Below are positions 1 to 11,272 of a stretch of DNA of 64,000 bases, one piece after another. The stretch is from positions 128,001-192,000 of the forward strand of contig CAVOFT010000001.1 of NCBI GenBank assembly GCA_963695095.1, written 5' to 3'. The DNA is from an uncultured bacterium (lineage in GTDB: Bacteria > Krumholzibacteriota > Krumholzibacteriia > JACNKJ01). A model generated the notes under the pieces. It made no database searches, had not been told where the DNA came from, and saw nothing but the letters and a program-made list of their open reading frames with translations. Position numbers and translations under genes: made by a program. The stretch's first letter is position 1, and each line of letters starts with the position of its first letter.

Positions 1-307
1 GCAATCGACCACCTAAAGTGTGCCTCAACTGAAAAAAAAAAGTCAAGAGATCGAGCTCCGAAATCTCGAACCACACCTCGGTAGTGCTAATCTCGTCACG
101 TTCGCCTGACGGCGCGTGCCGCTCGAGTTCTCCGGCTCCCCGGGATTTCGCGCGGATTGAGATTGGGGTGGGTAGCTTGCTGGGATTTGCGTGCTTGCCG
201 TGAAGCAGGTGCTTTGCGCTGCCTCGAATGGCGATGAAGCGTCTGGCTGCCAAGGGAAAGCCGCATCCGAGACAACCTAGTCGGAACGTCAGATCGTCGA
301 GATGCGC

Positions 308-2926
308 TCAGACTTCACGGCTGAGCTCCGTGGCCGGGGTGCGGCTCGCGCGCAGGGCGGGGTAGACGCTCGCGACGGCGGCCGCGACGAGAATGAGCGC
401 CAGCTCGCGCAGGATCTCCGGCCCCGGCCAGGCGGCGCGAATCGTCCAGCCGAAGTAGGCGCGGTTGATGAGGAAGATGAGGATGGCGGCCAGTCCGACG
501 CCCCCCGCCAGGCCGAGCAAGGCGCCGAAGACCCCGAGCCCGATGCCCTCGCCGAGGAAGAGGCCGAAGAGCTGCCGCCGCTGGGCGCCGAGACAGCGGT
601 AGAGCGCCAGCTCGGCCACGCGCTCGCGGGCCAGGATGATCAGCGTCAGCGAGATGCCGCAGACGGCGATGAGCAGGGCGAGCGCTTGCAGCAGCCGCGT
701 GATCGCGAAGGTCTGATCGAAGATGTCGAGGATCTCGGCGCGGAGCTGGCGATCGCTGCGGATGGCCAGCGGCGCGCCGGCGAAGGCGGCCTTCATGGCG
801 TCGATCGTGGGCTCGACCTGGGCGCCGGGCGCGAGGTAAAGCGCCACATTGCTCGGCTCCTGGGGCCCGAAGAGCCGCGCCAGGGTTGTCGGATGCAGCA
901 TGGCCCGGCCGCCCTCGCTGCTGTAGTCGTAGGTGACGGCCACCACGGCCAGCCTTGCCAGGCCCGCCGGCGTGTAGAGCGCCAGCGTGTCGCCGATGCC
1001 GAGCTTCTCCTTGCGCGCCAGGGGCTCGGTGATGCTGATCCCTCCGGCCGCAAGCCCCGCGACCATGGCCGCGGGCGTGCCGCGATAGAGCGGAATCACG
1101 CCGCCGCGCGCCGCAAGATCGGGCGCCAGGCCCACGAGGCCGATGCGCCGCCTGCTGGGATGGAGCGTGCCCGGCAGGTTGATCACGCGTTCGGCGGCAT
1201 CCACACCGGGAAAACGCGTGAGGCCCTCGATCACCGCCGGGGCGAGTACGGCCTCCCCGCCCGCGCGCGCCCAGGACTGGCTGGTCACGTAGATGTCCGC
1301 GCGCACGGTTTCTGTGATCCAGGTCTCGAGCGTGCGGCGGAAGCTGCCGATCAGCAACGTGACGGCGATGAGCATGCTCACAGCCACGGCGAGCGCCGCC
1401 AGGGCGAAGGCGCTGGTGCCCAGGCGCAGCGCCAGGTTGCGGAGGCTGTAGGCGAAGCCGAAGCCGGCTACCGGCACGCGGGCACAGGCGCTGCGCAGGA
1501 AGAGCGGCGTGAGGAGCGGCAGCACGACGAGTAGCGCCGCGCCGAGCACGAAGCCGCTCCAGCGCTCCGCGCGCCCGCCGGCCAGCCACCAGCCGAGGGT
1601 CAGCAGGGCCAGGGCCAGGGCCGCCAGGGCCAGATGCGGCGCCAGGCGACTCGTGCGCTCGTGCAGGGTGAAGGGCGCCAGCAGGGCCCGCGCGTTGCGG
1701 CGGCTCATGTCCAGGGCCGGCAGCAGCGCGCCCGCCAGCGCGCCGCCCACGCCGATGGCCGCCGCCATCCACCAGAGCGAGGCCGGCAGCGCAAGGCGCT
1801 CGATCTCGCTGAGCAGGTAGATGTTCGTGAGCGTGGCGCTCACGGTGGCCACGCCGCGCTGGGCCACCCACCAGCCCAAGGGCAGGCCCAGCGCCGTGCC
1901 GAGCGCGCCGAGCAGCGCCGCCTCGGCGAGGATGATCGCCAGGACCTGAGGCGCCGTGGCGCCAAGCGCGCGCAGGAGGCCGAACTCCGCCCGCCGCCTG
2001 ACCAGCGCCGCCTGCACGCTGCTATAGATGAGGAAGAGCCCCACCACGAGGCTGATCAGGCTCAGCGCCGTCAGGTTCAGGCGAAAGGCGGCGAGCAGGC
2101 CTGCGGCTTCACGGCGGCGAGCGCCGGGATCCTGCAGCTCGACCCCTGGCCCCAGGCGCGCGGCGAGGGCCGCGCTCACCGTGGCCGGATCCGCGCCCGC
2201 GGCGAGCCGGATGCCGATTTCGTCCACTCGCCCCGCGCCGCCGAAGAGAGTCTGCACCTGGGCGATGTCCATGAAGGCCAGCTTGCGCGTGGCCGTGGGG
2301 ACGTAGCGCTGGTAGTCCACCAGCGCGCCCACCGTGAGGCGCAGGCGGCTGCTGCCGCTGGTCACGCTCAGGGTGTCGCCGACCTGCCAGCCCATCTCGG
2401 CGGCGAAGGCGGGGCTCAGCGCCACCCAGCCGGGGGTGGCCAGCGGGCCGGCCAGGTCGCGCTCCGCTTCTGGTGCGCGCTCCGCCGCCGGCGCGGGCCG
2501 CACCCCCTGGGCGCCCTCGGCTTCACCTTCCGCGCTGCTCGCCACGCCCAGGGGCAGGCCCAGGGGCGCGAAGAAGTCCAGGCCGACGATCTCCAGGAAG
2601 ACCTCGGGCCGCGCCGCGAGGCTCACGTCCAGGCGCGTGAGCGGCCAGGCCGCGGCCACGCCCGGCGTGCCGAGCACGCGCGGGTAGAGCGTCTCCGGCA
2701 GGTCGGGCGTCAGGCTGCGCACGCTGAGGTCCGCGCGGTCGCTCACCGCTTCCACGCCGCCCACGAAGGCGGACAGGGCGTTGCGATTGAGGATCTGGAT
2801 GCCGATCACCGCCGCCACGCCGAGGGCGACGCCGGCCACCGTGAGCAGGAAGAGGGTCTTGCCGCCGCGCAGCTGGGCCTGGAGCCCCTTGCGGAAGTAG
2901 GGGCCCAGGCCGAGGCGCGACTTCAC
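308..2926 (-). CDS. ABC transporter permease, FtsX/MacB-like (two periplasmic plus two FtsX domains)
   Basis: 872 aa ORF with N-terminal TM '[17 protein letters not shown]' and two '[13 protein letters not shown] / [13 protein letters not shown]' FtsX motifs; overlaps the upstream ATPase stop by 4 nt. Confidence 0.9.
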   Translation of the reverse strand: MKSRLGLGPYFRKGLQAQLRGGKTLFLLTVAGVALGVAAVIGIQILNRNALSAFVGGVEAVSDRADLSVRSLTPDLPETLYPRVLGTPGVAAAWPLTRLDVSLAARPEVFLEIVGLDFFAPLGLPLGVASSAEGEAEGAQGVRPAPAAERAPEAERDLAGPLATPGWVALSPAFAAEMGWQVGDTLSVTSGSSRLRLTVGALVDYQRYVPTATRKLAFMDIAQVQTLFGGAGRVDEIGIRLAAGADPATVSAALAARLGPGVELQDPGARRREAAGLLAAFRLNLTALSLISLVVGLFLIYSSVQAALVRRRAEFGLLRALGATAPQVLAIILAEAALLGALGTALGLPLGWWVAQRGVATVSATLTNIYLLSEIERLALPASLWWMAAAIGVGGALAGALLPALDMSRRNARALLAPFTLHERTSRLAPHLALAALALALLTLGWWLAGGRAERWSGFVLGAALLVVLPLLTPLFLRSACARVPVAGFGFAYSLRNLALRLGTSAFALAALAVAVSMLIAVTLLIGSFRRTLETWITETVRADIYVTSQSWARAGGEAVLAPAVIEGLTRFPGVDAAERVINLPGTLHPSRRRIGLVGLAPDLAARGGVIPLYRGTPAAMVAGLAAGGISITEPLARKEKLGIGDTLALYTPAGLARLAVVAVTYDYSSEGGRAMLHPTTLARLFGPQEPSNVALYLAPGAQVEPTIDAMKAAFAGAPLAIRSDRQLRAEILDIFDQTFAITRLLQALALLIAVCGISLTLIILARERVAELALYRCLGAQRRQLFGLFLGEGIGLGVFGALLGLAGGVGLAAILIFLINRAYFGWTIRAAWPGPEILRELALILVAAAVASVYPALRASRTPATELSREV

Positions 2927-3612
2927 GGTCCCTCCAGCCGGCCGCCCTGCAGGCGCCGCACTTCGCCGGCCAGGCGCGCCAGCTCGAGGCTGTGCGTGGC
3001 GACGATCAGCGTGCTCCCCTCCTCCTCGGCGAGCGCGAGGAGCAGGGCCATCACCAGGCGGCCGTTTTCCTCGTCGAGGCTGCCGGTGGGTTCGTCCGCG
3101 AGCAGCAGCGCCGGGCGCGCGAGCAGCGCGCGGCAGATGGCCACGCGCTGCATCTCGCCGCCGCTGAGCTTTTGCACGGGATCGCCCGCGCGGTCGGCGA
3201 GGCCCACGCGCGCGAGCAGCTCGCCGATGCGCCCGCGCACGGCGGCCGTGCCGGCGCCCGCGATCCAGGCGGGCAGGGCCACGTTGTCGGCGACGCTCAG
3301 GTGCGGCAGCAGGTGGTAGAACTGGAAGACGAAGCCGATCTTCGCGCGCCGCAGCAGCGAGCGCCGGCGGTCGCTGAGGGCCGCGAGGTCTTCGCCCGCG
3401 ACGAGCACGCGGCCTGCCGTGGGCAGGTCGATGCCGCCGGCCAGGTTCAGCAGCGTGGACTTGCCGCTGCCGCTCCTGCCCACCACCGCCAGCGTCGCCC
3501 CCCGCGGCACGCTGAAGCTGAGCGCCGTGAGCACTCCCCGCGGCGCGCCGCCGCCGGGGTCGTAGATCTTGCTGACACTCTGGAATTCGAGGGCGATGGG
3601 CGCGCTGCTCAT
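2923..3612 (-). CDS. ABC transporter ATP-binding protein (LolD-like)
   Basis: Walker [10 protein letters not shown], signature [11 protein letters not shown], Walker [11 protein letters not shown]-loop ATHS. Confidence 0.95.
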   Translation of the reverse strand: MSSAPIALEFQSVSKIYDPGGGAPRGVLTALSFSVPRGATLAVVGRSGSGKSTLLNLAGGIDLPTAGRVLVAGEDLAALSDRRRSLLRRAKIGFVFQFYHLLPHLSVADNVALPAWIAGAGTAAVRGRIGELLARVGLADRAGDPVQKLSGGEMQRVAICRALLARPALLLADEPTGSLDEENGRLVMALLLALAEEEGSTLIVATHSLELARLAGEVRRLQGGRLEGP

Positions 3613-3645
3613 GCCGGCACTATAGCACGCGACGGTGGCCGGGGT

Positions 3646-4209
3646 TCAGGCCCGACGCAGGCTCGCCGCCTCTTCCGCGCGCTGCCAGGCCAGCCAGCGC
3701 CGCGCCATGCGCAGGAGCAGCCAGGCGCCGGCCGCGGTGTAGACGAGAAGCAGGCCCGCGGTGAGATAGCTGTCCAGGCCCAGCGTGTCCGTGTGGCCGT
3801 AGGCGAGCTGGGTGAGACGAAACTCGAGATGGATGAGCCAGGCCATCAGCGCGCTGCGCACGAAGAAGAGGTAGCGCCGCATCAGCCGCCTCACCTGCTC
3901 GGCCGCGCGGCCTTCGAGCAGATGGCCGTCCACGACCGGGTGCCGGATGGCGAGGACTTCCAGAACGCCGAGCACGAGGAAGGCGGCCGTGCCCAGCACG
4001 GGCAGCGTGAAGTAGGCCGGGTACTTCGGCGCCCAGGCCAGGGGCTCGCCGCGGAAGCTGAAGCGGGCGGGTATGGAGTTCGGCAGGCGCCGGTGCTGGC
4101 CGAGCACCATCGCCCAGAGCAGGCCCAGCAGGCCAAAGGGGAAGAGGCCGCTGCCGGGAGGCGCGAGCAGGGTCCAGAGGCGGCGGCGCTTGGGCGCAGG
4201 CGTGGCCAT
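3646..4209 (-). CDS. membrane protein, DUF1648-like
   Basis: About 4 hydrophobic segments; 'LPNSIPARFSFRGEPLAWAPK' resembles the DUF1648 LPxxIPxHF..G motif; start taken at ATG 4209. Confidence 0.55.
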   Translation of the reverse strand: MATPAPKRRRLWTLLAPPGSGLFPFGLLGLLWAMVLGQHRRLPNSIPARFSFRGEPLAWAPKYPAYFTLPVLGTAAFLVLGVLEVLAIRHPVVDGHLLEGRAAEQVRRLMRRYLFFVRSALMAWLIHLEFRLTQLAYGHTDTLGLDSYLTAGLLLVYTAAGAWLLLRMARRWLAWQRAEEAASLRRA

Positions 4210-4246
4210 GGCGTTCCCATCGCGGTCGAGCGAGCCCCGGCCTGCC

Positions 4247-4525
4247 TCAGAAGGGCAGATCCTCTCCCGAGCCGGCCGCGGCCGGGGTCTCCCCCTTGGC
4301 ATCGGTCGCCGCCGGCAACTCCTTCAGGACCTTTTCCACCTCCAGCTCCGCCCCGTGGATCTTCTCGCGGCAGTGCTTGACCAGCTCGCTGGCCCGCTTG
4401 ATGCGGTCGGCGAGGCGGTCCAGGTCCGTCTCCTCGGCTTCCAGCTCGGCGAGGATGGCCTCCAGGTCGGCCATCGCCTCCTCGTAGCCGAGCTTGTCGA
4501 CCGGGCTCTCCTTCTTCGCCGTCAT
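4247..4525 (-). CDS. xseB: exodeoxyribonuclease VII small subunit
   Basis: 'YEEAMADLEAILAELE...LDRL...ASELVKHCREKI..AELEV' XseB pattern; ATGA overlap with the xseA stop. Confidence 0.9.
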   Translation of the reverse strand: MTAKKESPVDKLGYEEAMADLEAILAELEAEETDLDRLADRIKRASELVKHCREKIHGAELEVEKVLKELPAATDAKGETPAAAGSGEDLPF

Positions 4526-5949
4526 GGGCGCTCTCCTTCGTCGCCGCCGGGCTGCAGGGCGCGCACTTCGCTTTCCAGCGTGCCGGCGGCGAGGGTGGTG
4601 GTGATGCGGTCGCCCGCGGCGAGACCGCCAGTATCGCGCAGCAGGCGCCCCGCGGCGTCGCGCGTGAGGCTGAAGCCGCGCTCGAGCACGCGGCGGGGGT
4701 CGAGCAGGCGCAGGCGATCCTCGACATGGGCCAGCGCGCGGCGCCTCTCGTTCAGGCGAGCATGGACCGCGGGGGTCAGGCGCTGCTCGCTCTGCGCGAG
4801 ACGCAGGCGCGCGAGGCGCAGCCCCTGGCGGACGAGCAGGGGCAGGGTGGCGGCGCGGTCGCTCCAGGCGCTCCCGCCGCCGGGAGAGCAGGCGCTGGAC
4901 CACCTCCCCCAGGGCGCGCGCCCGGCGCTCCAGGCGCCGGTTCTCGGCGACTAGCCGCTTCTCGCCCGCGCGCTGCACCGCCTTCGGCGCGCTGCTCCAG
5001 GCGCGCCAGCCAGTCCTCCACGCGCTGCACGAGGAACTGCGCCACGGCCGTGGGCGTCTTGAAGGCGCGCTGGGCCACCTCGTCGGCCACGGAGCGATCG
5101 ATCTCGTGGCCGATGCCCGTGAGCACGGGCAGTGGGCACAGGCCGCGATGGCGCGCGCCAGCGGCTCGCCGTCGAAGCCGGCCAGATCGCTGCGGCTGCC
5201 CCCGCCGCGGATGAGGACGACGGCGTCGAAGTGCGCCGCGCGCTTGGCCAGCCAGGCGAAGGCGGCCAGCAGCGAGGCCTCCTGCTCGCTCCCTTGCACG
5301 CGGGCGTCCAGGCAGCTGAGCCGAAAGCCGATGCCCGCCAGGCCCAGCTCCTTCGTGAAATCGTGATAGGCCGCACTCTCCACGCTGGTCACGAGCGCCA
5401 GGCGCAGCGGCACGGCGGCCAGGGGCAGCTTGGCGTTGCGCTCCAGCAGGCCCTCGGCCGCGAGCAGGCGCAGCAGGCGCTCGCGGTCCAGCTTGCGGGC
5501 GCCAAGGCTGGCCTCGAGGTCCACGTCCTCCACGATCAGCGAGAGGCGCCCGCGCGGCGTGTAGTAGTTGAGCGTGACCTCGAAGGTGACCTGCTGGTCG
5601 TCGAGCGCGACTGCCGGGCCCGCCGAGCTGGGCGAGCTGGGCCTGCAGGCGCCCGCGCGTGCCGCGCCAGATCACCATCGAGATCTGCGAGACGGCGCTG
5701 CTCGGGTCGGCGGGATCCTTCTCGACGAGCTCGAAGTAGACGTGCCCGCCCCGCGCCCACTGGCGATCGAAGCCGCTCACGAAGCCCTGGATGCGGAAGC
5801 GGCCGGGGAAGAGTCCGGCCAGGAAGCCGGCGACGCGCTCGTTGAAGAGGCTGACGCTGAGCGCGGGCGCGGGCTCCGGCGCTGCCACCGCCGCGCGGCG
5901 CGGGCGGCGGCGTCTCGAAGAGGCCGCGCTGATGCTCGTCGCTGGACAT
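4522..5949 (-). CDS. xseA: exodeoxyribonuclease VII large subunit (several apparent frameshifts)
   Basis: Pieces in different frames: OB-fold 'GHVYFELVEK', 'LALVTSVESAAYHDF', 'IRGGGSRSDLAGFD', 'PVLTGIGHEID...FKTPTAVA', 'LDPRRVLERGFSL'. Confidence 0.9.
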
Positions 5950-6052
5950 GGCGGCAGGCTAGGCCATCGCGCAGCACTCGCGCAAGTCGGGCGCGGCCTT
6001 GCCAGCGGGGGAGCCGCAGCCTATCATCGCCGCCTCACGAAAGGACCCCGCC

Positions 6053-7616
6053 ATGAGCCAGCTCGCCCACCCCGCCACCCTGCTCATCCTCGACGGCTGG
6101 AACCTCGGCGAGCCCTCGCCCACCAACGCCTCCTACCTGGCGCGCACGCCCAATCTCGACGCGCTGCTCGAGCGCTACCCGCACACGATGATCAAGACCA
6201 GCGGCCTGGATGTGGGCCTGCCCCGCCGGCCAGATGGGCAACTCCGAAGTGGGGCACCTGAACCTGGGCGCGGGCCGCGTGGTCGATCAGGAGAGCACGC
6301 GCATCGACAAGGTGGTGGCGGCCGGCGAGCTGCTCGCGCAGCCCGCGCTGGCCGAGCTCGTCGCGGCGGCCAAGGCCGCGGGCAAGACCCTGCACCTGGT
6401 CGGGCTCGTCTCCGACGGCGGCGTGCACAGCGGCCTCGGGCATCTCGAGGCCCTGATCGCCGAGGGCGCCGCGGCGGGACTGCGCCTGCGCCTGCACGCC
6501 CTGCTCGACGGCCGCGACACGCCCCCCCGCTCGGGCGCCGGCTTCATTCGCCGCGTGGAGGGCTGGCTGGCGGCGGCGCGCGCCAAGGGCGCCGACTGCG
6601 CGCATCGCCAGCGTGGGCGGCCGCTACTGGGGCATGGACCGGGACAAGCGCTGGGACCGCGTGCGCCGGCACTGGGAGGTGATCGTCCTCGGCGAGGGGC
6701 CCAGCGACGTCGATCCGGTGAGCGCCGTGGAGAGCTCCTACGCGCGCGACATCACGGACGAGTTCATGGAGCCGGTGGTGATCGTCGACGCGGACGGCAG
6801 GCCGCTCGCGGCGCCGTGGCCGAGGGCGACGCGCTCTTCTTCTTCAACTTCCGCGCCGATCGCGCCCGCCAGCTCACGCGCGCCCTCACCGAAACGGATT
6901 TCGAGGGCTTCCCCCGCGCCGGCTTTCCGCGCATCCGCTTCGCCTCGATGACCGAGTACGACGCCACCTTCGCCCTGCCCCAGGCCTTCCCCCCGCTCAC
7001 GCTCGATGGCCTCTTCGCCGACGTCTTCGCCGGCGCCGGCCTCAAGAACCTGCGCCTGGCCGAGACCGAGAAGTACGCCCACGTCACCTTCTTCTTCAAC
7101 GGCGGCCGCGAGACGCCCTTCCCGGGCGAGGAGCGCATCCTCGTGCCCAGTCCGAAGGTGGCCACCTACGACCTGCAGCCGGAGATGAGCCTGCCCGAGG
7201 TCACCGCGCGCTATCTCGAGCAGATCGAGAAGGGCCGCTTCGACGCCCACATCGTGAACTTCGCCAACTGCGACATGGTCGGCCACAGCGGCATCATCAA
7301 GGCCGCCGTGGCCGCAGTGGAGGCGGTGGATCTCGCCGTGGGCAAGGTTGTCGAGGCCACGCTCGACAAAGGCGGCTTCCTGCTCATCACCGCTGATCAC
7401 GGCAACGTCGAGAAGATGTGGGATCCGGAGACGAATGGCCCCTACACGGCGCACACCACTGAACCCGTGCCGCTGATCCTCGTCGATCCCCGCTATCGCG
7501 GCGCCCTCGCGCCGGGTCGCCTGGCGGATGTGATCCCGAGCCTGCTGGCGCAGGCCGGGCTCGCTCCTTCCGCGCAAATGACGGGCAGGGATCTGCGCCG
7601 ACCGGGCGGCGCCTGA
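6053..7616 (+). CDS. gpmI: 2,3-bisphosphoglycerate-independent phosphoglycerate mutase (apparent frameshifts near 6222, 6600 and 6810)
   Basis: 'LLILDGW', 'GQMGNSEVGHLNLGAGR', 'GRYWGMDRDKRW', 'AETEKYAHVTFFFNGG', 'NFANCDMVGH', 'TADHGN'. Confidence 0.95.
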
Positions 7617-7779
7617 TCGGGCAGCTTATCTTGGCGGCAATCCGAAATCCCGCTGGGAGTTATTGGAAACCTGCCGTGCCCGGGGGCGAATCAGCCATGC
7701 AAATGAGTATTGCATCCGTCACGAAATTGAGTAAGATTTGCCCTGACGTGGCCATGGCGCCCCACAAAGGATGGAAAGC

Positions 7780-8187
7780 ATGAACGCCAAAGAACTCGGC
7801 AAGTCCCTGGAGCAGATGATCGAGGAAATCGTCGTCAAGACCGCGAAGGCCGTCGCCAAGGAGCTGCCTTCCGAGGAGCAGCTGAAAACCCTCGAAGAGC
7901 GGACCAAGAGCATCGAGGTAACGCTCAACCACATCCTCAAGAAGTCCGGCGGCAATCCCCTGCGGAAGTCGAATCGCGGCCGCAAGCCGGGAGCCCAGCG
8001 CATCTGCGGCGAGCAGAATTGCAACCGTCCGGTTGTCGCCCGCGGGCTCTGCAGCATGCACTACCAGCGCTGGCGGGCCGAGCAGGTCAAGACCAACCAG
8101 GAAGCGCGGCATCCCGCCCGTGCCGGCGCTCAGGGGCGCAAGGCCAAGGGTGCCTCGAAGAAGGAACTGGTCAAGGAAGTCGCCTAG
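7780..8187 (+). CDS. small basic hypothetical protein with a C-x4-C...C-x2-H putative zinc site
   Basis: Coding-like codon usage, AAGGA RBS, helical N-terminus, 'CGEQNCNRPVVARGLCSMHYQRWR' and a Lys/Arg-rich tail. Confidence 0.7.
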   Translation: MNAKELGKSLEQMIEEIVVKTAKAVAKELPSEEQLKTLEERTKSIEVTLNHILKKSGGNPLRKSNRGRKPGAQRICGEQNCNRPVVARGLCSMHYQRWRAEQVKTNQEARHPARAGAQGRKAKGASKKELVKEVA

Positions 8188-8346
8188 TTTCCGCTTTCCC
8201 TTAAGGTGGCACCTGCAGAAAAAACAGGGCCTCCGGGACTTGTTCACCCTTGAGGGCAGCCTTAACTTGACCCGGTAAATCCACCGGCGATTTCTGCCTT
8301 CGGCATCACCGAAGCTGTGCACCGGGAACCACCCAGGAGTCTTCGC

Positions 8347-8538
8347 ATGGCAATCACGAAAGTCTGGATCGAAGAGGGCTGCACGGTCTGCAATCTCTGC
8401 GAGGACACGGCGCCCGAGGTCTTCGAGGTCACTGACGATTCTTGCATCGTTCGCGAGGGCGTGGACTTCTCCGCCTTCGAGGAGGAGATCGTTCAGGCCG
8501 CCGAGGAGTGCCCCGTCGAGATCATCAAGTACGAGTAG
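8347..8538 (+). CDS. ferredoxin (single 4Fe-4S/3Fe-4S cluster)
   Basis: 63 aa, acidic, CTVCNLC...CPVEII; AGGAG RBS upstream. Confidence 0.9.
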   Translation: MAITKVWIEEGCTVCNLCEDTAPEVFEVTDDSCIVREGVDFSAFEEEIVQAAEECPVEIIKYE

Positions 8539-8566
8539 CGCTCGGCCCGGACCGCAGCCCCTTCTC

Positions 8567-8599
8567 CGCCCGGAGTCCGCGACTCCGGGCGTCCCTTTT
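8567..8599 (+). terminator. probable intrinsic terminator
   Basis: Perfect 11-bp stem CGCCCGGAGTC-cgc-GACTCCGGGCG followed by TCCCTTTT, just after the ferredoxin. Confidence 0.55.
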
Positions 8600-8719
8600 G
8601 GGGTGAGTCCCGACCCGCATTGTGGCTGGATGCCCGCCGGTCCCCCGCCTATACTGGCGCAGCCGGAGCCGGCGCCGTCCCGGTGTCCAGATCGCCATCT
8701 CCAGCAATCCAGGGTTCTC

Positions 8720-9791
8720 GTGGCCACCGATCCCCAAGCGAAGCTCCGCCGCCTGCTGACCGGCTCCATTCCCTATCCGGAGACGGGCCGCGTCTGGCTC
8801 GTCGACACGGGGCTGGACTTCCTCGCCCGCGAGGCCGCGGCCGCGCTCGGCAGCGGGCGCCTGGGCATCGTCGAGCGCGATCTCGTCAGCGCCCGGCGAC
8901 TGAGCGCCGCGCTGCCTGAGCTGTCCATCGTCCATGCCCCGCGCGCGCCGGCCGAGGCCGGTGACTTCGCCGTCCTGCCCATGGACAAGGATCGCCGCGC
9001 GCTCTTCGGCGCCCTGGCCGATCTGGCCGCCCGCATCGGCCCCGCGGGCGGCCTGGCCGTCTACGGCGCTCGCCGCGAAGGCATCGAGCCCGCCTTGAAC
9101 TACCTCGCAGACTTCTGCACGCTGGCGCCGCCGCTGGCGCGAGCGGGCCTGCGCCTGGCCCTGGCCCGGCCCCAGGCCGGGCGCGCCCCGACGCCGCCGG
9201 ACCTGCCCGCGAGCTATCTCGCCGAGGCCCGCGGCTGCCGCGTGCCCGTGGCCTGCCGCCCCGGCGTCTTCAGCTGGCGCGGCCTGGATGCCGCCACGGC
9301 CCTGATGCTGGAGCGCTCGTGCGCCCCGGGCCGGCGATCGCCTGCTCGATCTCGGCTGCGGCGCCGGCGTCGTGGCCGCCCTGCTCCTCGCCGAAGGCCG
9401 CGTCACCCAGGCGACCCTGGTGGACAGCGACGCGCTCGCCCTGGAGGCCGCCGCGGCGACGCTCGCGCTCAACGGGCTGTCGGCGCCGGCGGCAGTGCTG
9501 CAGGCCGGGGACGCGGGCGCCGAGCTGGAGCGCTCCAGCTTCGATCTCATCCTCTGCAATCCGCCCCTCCACCGGGGCTTTGCCGCCGAATGGGACGCGC
9601 CGGCCCGCATGATCGACGAGAGCATGCGCCTGCTCGCGCCGCGCGGGCGCCTGCTCATCGTCGGGCCGCCGGCCCTGCGTCTGGGGCCGCGCCTGGCCGT
9701 GCGTTTCCAGGAGAGCGAGCGCCTGAGCGCAGACATCGCCCTGGAGCTCTGGCGCGCTGCGCGGCCGCGCCGGCCGTCTCCGAGGTGCTGA
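8720..9791 (+). CDS. class I SAM methyltransferase, RsmC/MTS-like (frameshift near 9320)
   Basis: 'PGVFSWRGLDAAT', then in a shifted frame 'LLDLGCGAG' and 'ILCNPPLH'; GTG start inferred. Confidence 0.75.
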
Positions 9792-10967
9792 TGCTCGACC
9801 GCGACCTGCTGAGCGCCGAGTTCCCCCTCACGCGCGACTGGTGCTACCTGGCCTCGGCCAGCAACGGCATCCTGCCCGAGCGCAGCCGGCGCTACCTGGA
9901 GCGCTACTTCGCCGAGCACCACTACCTCGAACTGGGCCGGCACTACCGCATGTTCGACGACCTGGGCGCCATCCGCGAGCGCGCGGCCCGGCTCTTCGGC
10001 GGCCAGGCCGCCAACTGGGCGCTGCTGCCCAACACCAGCTACGGGCTGAACAGCGTGGCCGCGGCCATCGACTGGCGCGCGGGCGACAACGTGGTGCTCG
10101 CCGACTGCGAGTTCCCCGCCAACGTGGCGCCCTGGCAGAACCTCGCCCGCCGCGGCGTCGCCATCCAGTGGGTGGCGGCCCGCGGCCTGCGCGCGCAGGC
10201 CGACTCCCTGATCGCCGCCTGCAATGGCCGCACCCGCGCGCTGGCGGTCAGCGGCGTGCAGTTCCACAACGGCTACGCCCCCGATCTCGCGCGGCTGGCC
10301 GCCTTCTGCCGGGAGCAGCGGATCTGGCTCTGCGTCGACGGCATCCAGGGCCTGGGCAATCGCCACTGGCAACTGCCCGAGCTCGGCGTCGATTTCCTCG
10401 CCGCCGGCGGCCAGAAGTGGCTCTGCGCGCCGCGGGGCACGGGTCTGCTCTACCTGTCGGATCGCGCGCTGGGCGCGCTGCGGCGGGCGAGCGTCGAAGC
10501 AGGCCCATCTCGGCTGGCTGAATACCGAGGAGTGGAAGTTCACGGACCTGCTCAACTACACGCGGCCGCTCAGCCAGGACGCCCGGCGCCTGGAGGTGGG
10601 CACCTACGCCTTCCACGACCTCATCTGCCTGGGGCACTCGCTGGAGCTGCTCGAATCGCTGGGGCTCGCCGCCGTGGCCGCGCATGGCGACGCCCTGCGC
10701 GAACGCCTGCTGGACGGCCTCGTCGCCGCGGACTTGCTGGCGCCGGCGGGTCCCTACAGCGCCTGCTGCATCGATGACGTCGTGGCGCGGCGCAGCCAGA
10801 TCCTCGCCCTCGGCTGCCCGGATCCCATCGGCGCCTGGCGCCTGCTCGCGGCGCGGCGGATCGCGGTGAATCCCCGCGAAGGCGGCATCCGCATCGCCTT
10901 CCATCACTACAATCGCGAAGAGGACGTGGATCGCCTGCTGGAGGCGCTGGCCGCGATCGCGGCCTAG
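9791..10967 (+). CDS. aminotransferase class V PLP-dependent enzyme (frameshift near 10495)
   Basis: 'EFP...YLASAS', 'PNTSYGL', 'EFPANV', 'VDGIQGLG', 'GGQKWLCAPRGTG' (PLP lysine), C-terminal 'IRIAFHHYNREEDV'. Confidence 0.85.
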
Positions 10968-11272
10968 TGGCTGGCGCGCAGGCGTTCGAGAAGCACGCCG
11001 TGGAGCCGCCGCTGGAACTCCTCGGGGATGTCCTCGAAGCGGATCTCCTGGGTGAGCGCCTGCGTCTGCAGGTAGGTCTCCGCGCAGTGCTGGCAATCGG
11101 GGCAGGCCATCAGGTGCAGGTCGATGCTGCGCCGCTCGGCCGCCGTCAGCTCGCCTTCGATGTAGTCGATGAGCAGCTGAGCCACCTCGCGGCAGGGCTG
11201 CATGCGAATGCCGAAGGGGCGGCCCAGCATCAGGCCGAGCATGGCGAACAGGCGACGCGGGCTAGCCATCAC
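10964..11272 (-). CDS. zinc-binding anti-sigma factor (zf-HC2/ZAS)
   Basis: 'CREVAQLLIDYIEGEL...HLMACPDC' HxxxCxxC motif directly downstream of an ECF sigma. Confidence 0.85.
   Translation of the reverse strand: MMASPRRLFAMLGLMLGRPFGIRMQPCREVAQLLIDYIEGELTAAERRSIDLHLMACPDCQHCAETYLQTQALTQEIRFEDIPEEFQRRLHGVLLERLRASH

Noticed and set aside
1..300. ncRNA or mobile-element end at the window start
   Set aside because: No recognisable RNA motif or terminal repeat; the A10 run adjoins a minus-strand TTGACT and most likely belongs to a promoter for a gene outside the window
4247..5533. XseA-XseB fusion suggested by the ORF track
   Set aside because: Artefact of xseA frameshifts; xseA has its own stop overlapping the xseB ATG
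8603..10777. Methyltransferase-aminotransferase fusion (724 aa ORF)
   Set aside because: The linker is off-frame; the methyltransferase ends at TGA 9791, where the next ATG begins
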